A stretch of DNA of 64,000 nt from a virus. Shown piece after piece: positions 49,746 through 59,165 of this stretch. The stretch lies in IMG/VR virus record IMGVR_UViG_3300032053_000025, positions 24,622-88,621 of that record. One strand, written 5' to 3'. The stretch's first letter is position 1, and every line of letters starts with the position of its first letter. The notes under the pieces were generated by a model that made no database searches, was not told where the DNA came from, and worked only from the letters and a program-made list of their open reading frames with translations. The translations under genes were made by a program, and so were the position numbers.

Positions 49746-50392
49746 ATGAAAAAATATGAATTATTAAAAAATGACAGTATTGAAGTTAATGGAAAAAAGT
49801 TATTCGGATTAAAGCTTTAATTTCTTTTGGCTTTGTTGCAAAGGGAGACTTAGGGGGTTATATTGAATCCGAAAACAATTTAACACAATACGGTGGGGCT
49901 TGGGTGTCCGGTGAGGCTTCGGTGTACGGTAATGCTTCGGTGTCCGGTGAGGCTTCGGTGTACGGTAATGCTTCGGTGTCCGGTAAGGCTTCGGTGTACG
50001 GTAAGGTTCGGGTGTACGGTGAGGCTTGGGTGTTATTTGGCTATATAAACGGAAAATTTACTCTCAAATATTCTTTAGCTATGCAATTGGGATTATGTTT
50101 TGTTAATGAAAAAGTAATATTGTATAAAAGAGTAAACAAAATATCCAAAGGAAAATATAGCTCGTGCCATGATAGGAATTTTGTTTATGAAGATGGTAAG
50201 GTTGCTATTGCTAAGAATCCCGATATATCAGATGCTTCTTGTGCTTCCGGTTTGCATTTATCATTAGCATTATATTGGGAATTGGGGGATACTTTAATTG
50301 CATGCGAAGTGAAAGAAGAAGATGTAATAACAATTCAACAAGGAAAAGTAAGATGTAAAAAATGCAAAGTAATTGGAGAAGTTACTTTTTAA
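49746..50392 (+). CDS. hexapeptide-repeat (LbetaH) phage protein split by a -1 frameshift near 49793-49806
   Basis: Frame 0 MKKYELLKNDSIEVNGKK; -1 frame RIKALISFG..GDLGGYIESENNL..VSGEASVYGNA repeats..CASGLH..GKVRC. Confidence 0.75.
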
Positions 50393-50420
50393 GTATTACT
50401 CAAACAAGGAGGACAAAACA

Positions 50421-50588
50421 ATGAAATATGACATTCTGTTATCTGATTTAAAAAGCAAAGCCAAGAAAAGAGTGATGGAACAAATTAAAACTGAAAGGGA
50501 GCAGTTAGTTTGTCCTACATTATTGGGAGCCAAAATTGTAATTGGCATGACGTGTGAGCCTTATGATTTTCTATATTTGAAAGGATAA
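50421..50588 (+). CDS. hypothetical protein
   Basis: ATG after AAGGAGG. Confidence 0.5.
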   Translation: MKYDILLSDLKSKAKKRVMEQIKTEREQLVCPTLLGAKIVIGMTCEPYDFLYLKG

Positions 50589-50643
50589 CATGAAAAAATT
50601 ATACTGTATAAGAAATAATAACAGAATAATTATTAAAACTGCC

Positions 50644-50671
50644 TTGACAAATAGAAAAAATAGGGTATACT
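50644..50671 (+). promoter_or_regulatory. sigma70 promoter
   Basis: TTGACA-16 nt-TATACT. Confidence 0.75.
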
Positions 50672-50986
50672 TTAATTATAGGAGAGCCGGACATTAGGCC
50701 GGGTCCAAAAAACGGGAGGGAAATATGACAAGATATGAATACGAAGATAAAAATGGGGATTTTTTCCCGCTCAACGCCACTACCGATAGTAGAGCAAAAA
50801 AAGAAGCTAAAAAATATAAAGACGTAAAAAGAATAATTGCCTTACGGGAATCTGACGGCCAAAGATACACATTGTAAATAATAACTAATCTCTTCACCCA
50901 ACTAGGAGGTTTAAATTGGAACAGTAAATTTTAAAAAGAGGATAAATGGGTATATCAAGAACAATTCAAATCGGAGGGCAAATAAC

Positions 50987-51514
50987 ATGGAAAAAAAATT
51001 CCCATTTAATTTAAGAAAAATTCATCCCGGCATTGATTGGGTAATGAGAGCTGTAGCAGGTAAAAAAGAAGAACGCGAGGCTCTTAAATGTGTTTTGTAC
51101 GAGGAAAATACTTTGGTTGCCTGTGATGGCAAACGACTGCATATTTTAAAGGATGATGAGTTAAGCGGGGTTTTCCCGGAACCTGGGTTATATGAAATTA
51201 TTACAGCAAAAGACAACACAATTTTGCGCAAAAAAGAGGATTTAGAATTTCCTAAATATAAGCAAGTTATCCCAGAAACATCGAAGACGGAATTAAAATT
51301 GTTTATAGAGGATGATACTTTAAGTATTAGTAAGGCGATAATAATATTAGGCCGCTTACGCTTAGATTGGGGAATTAATTTTGATTATGTTAAGGCTTTA
51401 GCAAGTGATCAATGGGAATTAACTTGTGATGTAGAAAAATCAAATGGGTATAAATTAACTGCTGGAAATAAAATAGCAGTAATTATGCCTATAAACATGA
51501 AGGTAAAGGATTAA
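50987..51514 (+). CDS. truncated DNA polymerase III beta-clamp-like protein
   Basis: LVACDGKRL, FPKYKQVIP, INFDYV, AVIMPI motifs of DnaN domains 2-3. Confidence 0.7.
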   Translation: MEKKFPFNLRKIHPGIDWVMRAVAGKKEEREALKCVLYEENTLVACDGKRLHILKDDELSGVFPEPGLYEIITAKDNTILRKKEDLEFPKYKQVIPETSKTELKLFIEDDTLSISKAIIILGRLRLDWGINFDYVKALASDQWELTCDVEKSNGYKLTAGNKIAVIMPINMKVKD

Positions 51515-51515
51515 T

Positions 51516-52604
51516 ATGGCTACAATCTTTTTAGAATTATTGGTAATCTTGGCTATATGTTATTTATGTATGCCAAAAAAGCCACAGGAAGCTCCAAGCG
51601 GGGCTTGTTTTGATGGGGGTGTAATAACTATGAGACAAACTTCCGGGGCTCCCAAAGAGATTAAATCTGGTATTGATACAACTTTAATTAAGCCTTATGA
51701 TAAGCCTGTAAAAATCTATATATACCGGCCTCAGACGTTAGATCAATTTATAGGACAAGAACAGGCAAAGGATGAGATAAGATCCTTTGTCAAGGTTGTG
51801 CAGGAATTGAAACCCAATTCTCACCTTTTAGTTTCCGGTTGGGCAGGAACCGGAAAATCGACGATAGTATATGTTCTAGCTAATTTATTGCAAGCGAAAA
51901 TGTTTTATCGAACACCTCAACAATTAATGGATAATGATGCAGTAATTGAGATATGCAATAAGATAGGAGAAGCAAAAGAAAAACAAGTAATTTTGTTTTT
52001 GGATGAGATTCACGGTTTAGATTCAAAGGTTGCAGAAACCCTCTATATGGTGATGGAAGATTCGAAATTAGCAGGGGTTGATATTAGACCTTTTATATTG
52101 GCCGGGGCAACAACAGAATTAAATATTTTACAGAAAAAATTAAGCCCTTTGGTTGATAGATTTTCTACGAAAATAGTTTTAGATAGGTATAGCTCTGAGG
52201 ATCTTTATAAAATCATAACCCAATATAAACGGCAATTATATCCCGAGATTAAATTGGAGGATGAGGATTTAAGGACTATATCAAAAAATGCCAAACGAAC
52301 GCCAAGAATTGCAATAGGGCTATTAATGAAAGATTTGGTAGAAAAAGATATTGATAAAGTAATGAACCAAAGCGGGATTATAGTTGATGGTTTAACTAAT
52401 ATTGATATTAGGTTGTTACAAGTATTAAAGGATAATATTAAACCTATGGGGGCCGAGGCCTTGGCCCAAAGAGCATCTATACCCACGTCAGATTATTTAG
52501 TTGTTTATGAACCATTTTTAGCTGCGGAAGGTTACATCAATCGAACCCCTCGCAGGGTGCTCGGGGACAAAGGGAAACAAATTTTAGAGCAATTAGGGAG
52601 TTAA
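51516..52604 (+). CDS. ruvB: RuvB-like AAA+ ATPase with N-terminal hydrophobic segment
   Basis: RPQTLDQFIGQ, GWAGTGKST, LFLDEIH, MED, GATT, PLVDRF, TPRIA, EPFL..GYI.RTPR. Confidence 0.85.
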   Translation: MATIFLELLVILAICYLCMPKKPQEAPSGACFDGGVITMRQTSGAPKEIKSGIDTTLIKPYDKPVKIYIYRPQTLDQFIGQEQAKDEIRSFVKVVQELKPNSHLLVSGWAGTGKSTIVYVLANLLQAKMFYRTPQQLMDNDAVIEICNKIGEAKEKQVILFLDEIHGLDSKVAETLYMVMEDSKLAGVDIRPFILAGATTELNILQKKLSPLVDRFSTKIVLDRYSSEDLYKIITQYKRQLYPEIKLEDEDLRTISKNAKRTPRIAIGLLMKDLVEKDIDKVMNQSGIIVDGLTNIDIRLLQVLKDNIKPMGAEALAQRASIPTSDYLVVYEPFLAAEGYINRTPRRVLGDKGKQILEQLGS

Positions 52605-52618
52605 AAGGAGGTAATAAA

Positions 52619-52918
52619 ATGAATAAGAGAGAAGCAATTTTAAACGCAAAGTTGTTGTTGAAAAGAATGAAAACTTCGGGCTGGCAGATAAGAGTTTAGG
52701 AAAATTTAGGATGGCATTATGTTCTTACTAATCAAAGTGTCAGGATTGATAATGAGCATAGCAAACAGACTACGGCCATGCTTGCTCCTCATTATTCTTT
52801 TTGGGAAGTAATCCACCATAAGGATCCTAACGAGGCGGTTAAGATATTATTAAATCGTGCCCAAGAAGTTGCACTTGAGCATCTGGACATTGTTTTATCT
52901 GGTAAAAAGATAAGATAA
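52619..52918 (+). pseudogene. hypothetical gene with in-frame TAG at 52697-52699
   Basis: AGGAGGT RBS; GWQIRV*ENLGWHY..DPNEAV; frame stays open to TAA just before next RBS. Confidence 0.65.
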
Positions 52919-52929
52919 GGAGAAATAAA

Positions 52930-53262
52930 ATGAAGATCAACAAACAACTCAAAGACGGCAGTATAGAATCAATCAAGCAATGGTTAGCTCATCAAGTTAT
53001 TTTTAAGCATATTCCAAACAAGAAGGCACTCACTAATCAAGTCAATCGAATTATTGCAATCAAGCGTAAACGAAATTCAATCTATGCCCAGAAATTAATT
53101 GATAGTCCCCTATTTATTTTATCCTTGAAACAAACGAGGATCGATGTTAAACGGGACCAATTAACAGGCAGGCAAATTCCTTTAACTTGGAGTAAGAACA
53201 TCTCAAAGATCGCCCGGTATGTAAGATTAAATGAGCCTGGAGGCTTACAATGGCAGATATAG
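52930..53262 (+). CDS. basic hypothetical protein
   Basis: AAGGAG RBS; overlaps recombinase start. Confidence 0.55.
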   Translation: MKINKQLKDGSIESIKQWLAHQVIFKHIPNKKALTNQVNRIIAIKRKRNSIYAQKLIDSPLFILSLKQTRIDVKRDQLTGRQIPLTWSKNISKIARYVRLNEPGGLQWQI

Positions 53263-54029
53263 ATTTATTTAGAGATTGGTTATTATTGAATCGATTTTCA
53301 GTTACCCGCTACGCGGATAATATGCGAGTTTATTTCCGTCAAGAACCAATCTTTGATGAGGTTAGTTTTAACAGGTTTATTTTAAAACAAAGGCTTAATC
53401 ATTTGCCTGGCACTCTAAACAATTATATTAAGGCGGCTCAAGCATATAGTAAATTTGTTGGGGTACAGTTTAAATTGCCTCAGTATTTTGAGGTCACTGA
53501 TAAGTTACCTGCCTATATGTCATTTGAATTTTTTGAAAAGGAGATTATACCCGCACTACCTTTGATGTTTGAGCATCAACATTTAAAGATTAAAGCTCTA
53601 TTATATTTTATGTTTTTTTGCGGTCAGCGTAAACACGAAATTGAGGTTATGAAACGTTCGCAAATAAATTTTAAGGAGGGTACATTTTTAGCTTACAATT
53701 TAAAATCAAAGAATGAAAGATTAATACCATTGGCCTTCAAATTGATACCTATATTGAAGGAATATTTTGTTCAAGAACCAGAGGTTAATAATGCTTTCAA
53801 TTTGGGAGGAGGTTCATTGCAGTATATCTTCGATAAGTTAAAAACTAACTGGCCGGATAAACATATACATCCTCATATGTATAAACATTCTTGTGCTATT
53901 CATTTGCAAAGGAATGGATTTACTACGAGGGAAATTCAACATGTTTTGGGGCATCGATCAATTTTGACAACTGCGAAGTATGAACGAGTACACTTGGAAT
54001 TTTTGCAGAAGAAATTCAACCAACTTTAA
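53250..54029 (+). CDS. tyrosine recombinase (XerC/D-like)
   Basis: CGQRKHE, KSKNER.IP, HPHMYKHSCA, LGHRSILTTAKY. Confidence 0.88.
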   Translation: MADIDLFRDWLLLNRFSVTRYADNMRVYFRQEPIFDEVSFNRFILKQRLNHLPGTLNNYIKAAQAYSKFVGVQFKLPQYFEVTDKLPAYMSFEFFEKEIIPALPLMFEHQHLKIKALLYFMFFCGQRKHEIEVMKRSQINFKEGTFLAYNLKSKNERLIPLAFKLIPILKEYFVQEPEVNNAFNLGGGSLQYIFDKLKTNWPDKHIHPHMYKHSCAIHLQRNGFTTREIQHVLGHRSILTTAKYERVHLEFLQKKFNQL

Positions 54030-54042
54030 AAGGAGGAATAAA

Positions 54043-54933
54043 ATGAGAGATTTATTTAAGTTTGTATTGGTTTTAGTTTTATCTTTGCTTCTTACGATAT
54101 GGCTTTATGTTTTTTCCTTTGGTTGTGTCGGAGTTGATTGTGTCAAAGATTCAAATGTATTTGATTCCAATGATGGAAAAGCAGGCGATATTCTTGCTTA
54201 CTGCGGAGAAAAAGGAAATGATTCAATTGGAATTTGGACAGACCCGAAAGACATTACAGCATTAAGAGGAGAAGACGGTTCTGATGGTTATACGCCGATT
54301 AAAGGTGTAGATTATTTCGACGGAGTTGATGGTGTAGGCATGGATGGTATTAATGGCTATACCCCAGTCAAAGGCATAGACTATTTTGACGGTTTGAATG
54401 GTAAGGATGGCGTTGGGAAGGACGGGGCTAACGGAAGTGATGGCAAAGACGGGGTAGGTAAAGATGGAACCGATGGCAAGACTCCTATAAAGAATGTTGA
54501 TTACTTCGATGGGTTAAATGGTATCAACGGAACGAATGGAAAGGACGTTGACCCTAAGCTAGTAAATGCGCTGACAGAAAAAAATAACGAGCAAGATAAT
54601 AGGATTAACAGTGTTGAAAAGCAAGTTAAAGGATTATCACAAACACAATATAATATCAGAACAGAATTAAAGTTTATTAGGCAGAAGCATTTGGAAATGG
54701 GAATATATGGGGTTTACAATACTAATAGACGAATTTGTTCCGAGGTTGGAATCAATGTGGTTATTCCGGTGGGAGAAGGATACCAAGACAAAGAAAACAA
54801 ACGGATAAATAGGCGGCTGTCTAATATAGAAAAGCAAATAAGCAATGCCGTAGTACTTGAAAAGGTAATTGATAAATCTGGCAAGGTTTTAAGTATGGGT
54901 ATAAGCTCGTTAAAAGTAGAAAAAAGTTTTTAA
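54043..54933 (+). CDS. exported collagen-like protein
   Basis: N-terminal signal/TM; GKDG repeats; three TP.K..DYFDG units; coiled coil. Confidence 0.75.
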   Translation: MRDLFKFVLVLVLSLLLTIWLYVFSFGCVGVDCVKDSNVFDSNDGKAGDILAYCGEKGNDSIGIWTDPKDITALRGEDGSDGYTPIKGVDYFDGVDGVGMDGINGYTPVKGIDYFDGLNGKDGVGKDGANGSDGKDGVGKDGTDGKTPIKNVDYFDGLNGINGTNGKDVDPKLVNALTEKNNEQDNRINSVEKQVKGLSQTQYNIRTELKFIRQKHLEMGIYGVYNTNRRICSEVGINVVIPVGEGYQDKENKRINRRLSNIEKQISNAVVLEKVIDKSGKVLSMGISSLKVEKSF

Positions 54934-55423
54934 GTATAAGGAGGTAAATAATATGTCAAATATTGATGGTATCGACGAATGGCTAAGATCCGAATGTATT
55001 GATTTTTTAAGCAATAGAAATATTTTAGACTTATATGTAATGCCCATAGAAGAATTAAGAAAACAATGCCGAAGGGTTAAAGGGATAGGTATAGAGGCTA
55101 AAAGTGCCTCAAAATAGCCTTTAGAGTACCCTACAATCGATTATTATTGATTGGTAAGGATAATCTATGGCAACTCAAAATAGGAATATAATTAGTCTCA
55201 AACTTGCAAATTGAGAAATATTGTGTTATACTATGAGTACAGGGATATAATCCCGATTAGGACTATGGCGGTATGCAGGCTTTACCTAAAATAACCGCAT
55301 CGGATTAGTACGATTAGCATAACTAATTATTGTTATGGGCCGAGTAATGGATGACAAAAAGGAAGTTCCATCGAGGTTTTAAGTATGGGTATAAGCTCGT
55401 TAAAAGTAGAAAAAAGTTTTTAA
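54884..55423 (+). repeat. perfect 50-bp direct repeat (54884-54933 and 55374-55423)
   Basis: aggttttaagtatgggtataagctcgttaaaagtagaaaaaagtttttaa occurs twice. Confidence 0.9.
55204..55232 (+). promoter_or_regulatory. sigma70 promoter
   Basis: TTGCAA-17 nt-TATACT. Confidence 0.7.
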
Positions 55424-55603
55424 TATTGGGGGGGATTAAGAGAAGAGCTTTAGTGAAATTGAAGCTATCTCATTTAGCCGGAAAGCAAGAGCAAAATTAC
55501 GGATTGAGCCGTCCAAGAATATAAATCCGCATAAAGCTTGGTAAATCTTGCTAATCCCCTCTTTTAAATAGTAATTAATGCTATACTTTAATTAAGATTA
55601 AAT

Positions 55604-55673
55604 GGGGAAGATATGTGAATTGGGCTAAACTCTGAGGATACGCAGGATGTAGGTTCGAGTCCTGCTCTCCCCC
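55604..55673 (+). tRNA. degenerate tRNA-like element
   Basis: Acceptor GGGGAAG/TCTCCCC, T-arm GTAGG-TTCGAGT-CCTGC; no canonical D or anticodon arm. Confidence 0.35.
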
Positions 55674-55693
55674 AAAATTTAAAGGAGGAATAA

Positions 55694-55930
55694 ATGTTTA
55701 ATTTTTTAAAGGGATTATTTGAACAACCACAACAGAAAAAGAAAGAACCAGAAGAAGTTTTTTGTAATAATTGTTGCCATAATTATTGTGATGAATGTAG
55801 ACATGAAAATAATCTTCGAAAGAGAAGAACGCCTCAAGAACTTTTTTATGATTCTATAAAAACTCAAGATGAACTTAATGTAGACAACAAGTGTTTGTGG
55901 TTTGAAAAGAATTCCTGCTATCCCTATTAA
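55694..55930 (+). CDS. Cys-rich hypothetical protein
   Basis: AAGGAGG RBS; CNNC..C..C. Confidence 0.6.
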   Translation: MFNFLKGLFEQPQQKKKEPEEVFCNNCCHNYCDECRHENNLRKRRTPQELFYDSIKTQDELNVDNKCLWFEKNSCYPY

Positions 55931-56279
55931 AGTACAGCGCCGGAGGCTGGAACGAAGTCTCCTGCTTGGAGAAAGCCTCGGAGGTATATAGAGACCTAAT
56001 AGGGCAGTTGAAAATATGATCGATGGGCTTCATATGAAGCCAGGTAATAACCAATTATAAGGAAATTTATGATAGTCGGAATTAATTTGGCCGATAGCTT
56101 AGAGTGCAACAAGGTTGTTATTATTATTAAATTTTTGGGCCGGGATATTACTATTACAGGGAGAAAAGATTTTATTAACCTATAATCCTAATTTTATCAA
56201 ACAATATAGGAGATACCATGAGTAAAGAATTTTTAACTTATAATAATCCGGTATTTGAGTTACAAAGAAAGGAATAAAA

Positions 56280-56600
56280 ATGATTAAACCAGGCTTAGGT
56301 GGATTTTTAATTTTCAAGAAAGATATAGAGAACAAAACAGTGCAGATTAAGCATTATAAAGGTATGCAGGAATTCTGGGTATATCGAACAAAGAAAACCA
56401 AGTCTGATATTTATTTGGCGAATGGCAAAAAATTTGAGCATGAAGGTAATGTAGAGTTATTTTGCATTATTACTTGCAAAGAAAATGACTCAAATATGAT
56501 CGAACAAGATAAAGGATATTTAGTACACGGGATTAAGTTTACAAATCAGGAAACTCCTGATTTGGATAATTATTTAAGCAAGACTAATAGACACCAATAA
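56280..56600 (+). CDS. hypothetical protein
   Basis: AAGGA RBS. Confidence 0.55.
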   Translation: MIKPGLGGFLIFKKDIENKTVQIKHYKGMQEFWVYRTKKTKSDIYLANGKKFEHEGNVELFCIITCKENDSNMIEQDKGYLVHGIKFTNQETPDLDNYLSKTNRHQ

Positions 56601-56727
56601 GGAATCAAATGAATATAAATTACGATAGGGTGGCCTTTGGTATAGTAATGTTGGGAATTGTTTGCTATTTAGGTATAATGATAGCATTTTTAATTGCTAT
56701 TGGATTACAAGTATAAGTGAGGGATGT

Positions 56728-57164
56728 ATGGACGCTCTATCAACATTAAATCCAAAACAGCGTAAAATATACCTCGAACTTTTGCGTAATTTAATTACAT
56801 TCCAATTACCGGAAGCTGTTCAACAATTAGGATTAGAAGGGGCGGAAGAATCTGTATTAGAATTAATTGAGCAGAAGAAAATTATTGTTGCTTATAATGG
56901 TGAGACTAAAAGATGTTGGTTAGAAATGACCGAGGAGATTAAATGGTAGATAAAAAACGGATTAAAAGAATTATAGGTAAGATTGAAAAATTATGGTTGT
57001 CAAATCCAGATTTTAGATTTGGATCGTTGATAGTAAATATGGTTAATTTTTTCAATCAAGATGATGCCCAGATGAATATTGCAACTATAGAGGATTGGGA
57101 TTTGGAAGTAATTTTAGATAAGGTTGAGGTTGTTACTAAACAATTGAGGAGATTAAATGAATAA
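56728..57164 (+). CDS. two small hypothetical genes (56728-56949; 56943-57164 with W..PDFRFG motif)
   Basis: Overlapping ORFs with RBS. Confidence 0.5.
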
Positions 57165-57347
57165 ATCAATGGTTGGAACTATTCTATTTTGGTTGGGGGC
57201 TTGTTTTGGTGTGGGAGCGATCCTGAACGCTTTATTGAAAGATATACCATCTATATTAACACTAATTGTAGCCGGCTTTATGGTGGCTGGGGGGCTATAC
57301 ATACAAAATATTTTTAAAACCGAAAGTTGGAGATAAGGAGGAATATC

Positions 57348-57674
57348 GTGCCAGTATTTTTACTTAAACTATTACCATTTATTAGCGGATTTTTATGGAA
57401 GGCCATAAAGAGGTTCGGATCGGTTTTATTTGTGGGACTATTAATTTGGACCACATATTCTTATTGTCATAGAAAGTATGATAATTTTAGGATAACATTA
57501 ATTAATATGGGCCGAACTGAACAAAAGTCTATTGACGATGCTATATTGGCAAAATGGCAAAAAGAACATCCCCAGAATGTATATGGGGCCGGTAGTCAGA
57601 TTACCCAGAATGCGTGTGATAAAGATTTCAAGGCAATTGGTCTCTATATTTTTGGTTTCAAACTTGGGATTTAA
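57348..57674 (+). CDS. single-pass membrane protein
   Basis: GTG after AAGGAGG; hydrophobic N-terminus. Confidence 0.55.
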   Translation: MPVFLLKLLPFISGFLWKAIKRFGSVLFVGLLIWTTYSYCHRKYDNFRITLINMGRTEQKSIDDAILAKWQKEHPQNVYGAGSQITQNACDKDFKAIGLYIFGFKLGI

Positions 57675-57973
57675 CAAGGAGTCTTACATGCCAGAAGAAC
57701 AATTAAATTTCGATCAATTTCAAACTTCTTATGCTCCAAACTCGGAAATGTTTAGTATTCAGGATGCCTTAAGGCAAGAAGTAATAGTCATTCGAGCCGA
57801 CCAGCTTGCCGAGTTAGCTAAAGAGTATTGTTTAATTTTCGGCTACAAATTAGTTAAAAAGGAAGAATAAGGGAGGGCATTCCCAGCCCAATATAAAGCC
57901 GTTTTAAGGATGTAATAATCCTTGAACTACGATAGGGGAATACCTCCCTACCAATTAAATAAGGAGCAATATT

Positions 57974-58261
57974 ATGCCCTATATTTCTATAAGTTTGCGG
58001 AATAAATTGGAAAATTTCCCAGAGGCTCAAGATGAATGCCGAGGAAAAATTGTAGTATTGGCAGAACAAATTGATTCTGAAGGGGAGTTAAATTATGTTA
58101 TTACTCGCCTATGCCATGAATTTGCTCGTAAGAAAGGTATAAAATATGCTGTTTATAATACCATAATAGGGGTATTGGAATGTGCAAAGTTAGAACTATA
58201 TAGAAAATGGATTGCTCCTTATGAAGAAGAGAAGGAAAAAGCTAATGGCCCAGTAAACTAA
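57974..58261 (+). CDS. conserved phage hypothetical protein (DUF6899-like)
   Basis: MPYI..GELNYVIT..YN.IIGVLECAKLELYR..APYE..K..NG. Confidence 0.7.
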   Translation: MPYISISLRNKLENFPEAQDECRGKIVVLAEQIDSEGELNYVITRLCHEFARKKGIKYAVYNTIIGVLECAKLELYRKWIAPYEEEKEKANGPVN

Positions 58262-58365
58262 ATCGAGGTCGGGTAGCTCCCGACTAAACTGAGCACTGGA
58301 ATTGACCAGTGCAAGTGGAGTACCTCAGCCAATATTAACAATTACTCCACACAATTAATTAAACA

Positions 58366-59136
58366 ATGTCCAAGAATATATCATTACTCATAACCGAACT
58401 AACAAAGAAGTATGGGATTAATTATCAATCAAAAAATCCCGAGTATATACAACTATGTAAAGATACACATAGAATGCAAGAAATTTGCAGGTCCTTACGA
58501 GAAATGATGGGTGATCTTTCTGAAATCGAGGATAGACACGATTTGAATGGATTGGGCAAACTATTGGCAGATGATGTCAAAAAAATGGAAGTTTTATTGC
58601 ACGATTTAACCAAGATTTCTACCCATATCAAAGTTAAAGAAAATGAAACTTCTAAAAATTAATATCGCCAAATACCATTTATGGGAGCTTCATGGTAAAA
58701 ATCTAAGCTTTACTTTTTTTCATTTCAAGAATACCTTTGAACTTTCTTTAAGAATATTTGACAACCGATGGATTTTCCGAAGGGAGAACAATGAGAATTC
58801 GGCAGTTCGATTTTAGGTTTTATATTGATGATAATACGAAGAAGTCCGCATTTATTTGCAATTTATTTTCAATCTACACTCATCCTAAACCTTGGAAGTT
58901 TATCAGCAAAATTACAGTAGCAATTACAATATTAAACATTGAATTTATCTGGGAAATTAGAAAGGATTTATGTAATGGAAACTGTAATAAAAGATAGAAT
59001 GTTAGTTCATCTCAAACGAATGTTTGCTCTCTATGGAATAGAAGGCTCAGAGCAAAAGATATGCGAGATTTATAAGAATTTACCAATTATTAAGCAGAAG
59101 TATCTCGCACTTTACTGGAGTGTATTAAGAACATAA
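58366..59136 (+). CDS. small hypothetical genes (58366-58662, ~58791-58997, ~58975-59136)
   Basis: Packed ORFs on + strand. Confidence 0.45.
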
Positions 59137-59165
59137 GAAGGAACCAAATTAATAGTGAGGTAAAT

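Noticed and set aside
54884-55423. Diversity-generating retroelement TR/VR pair
   Set aside because: Copies are identical with no adenine-specific mismatches and no reverse transcriptase is in the window
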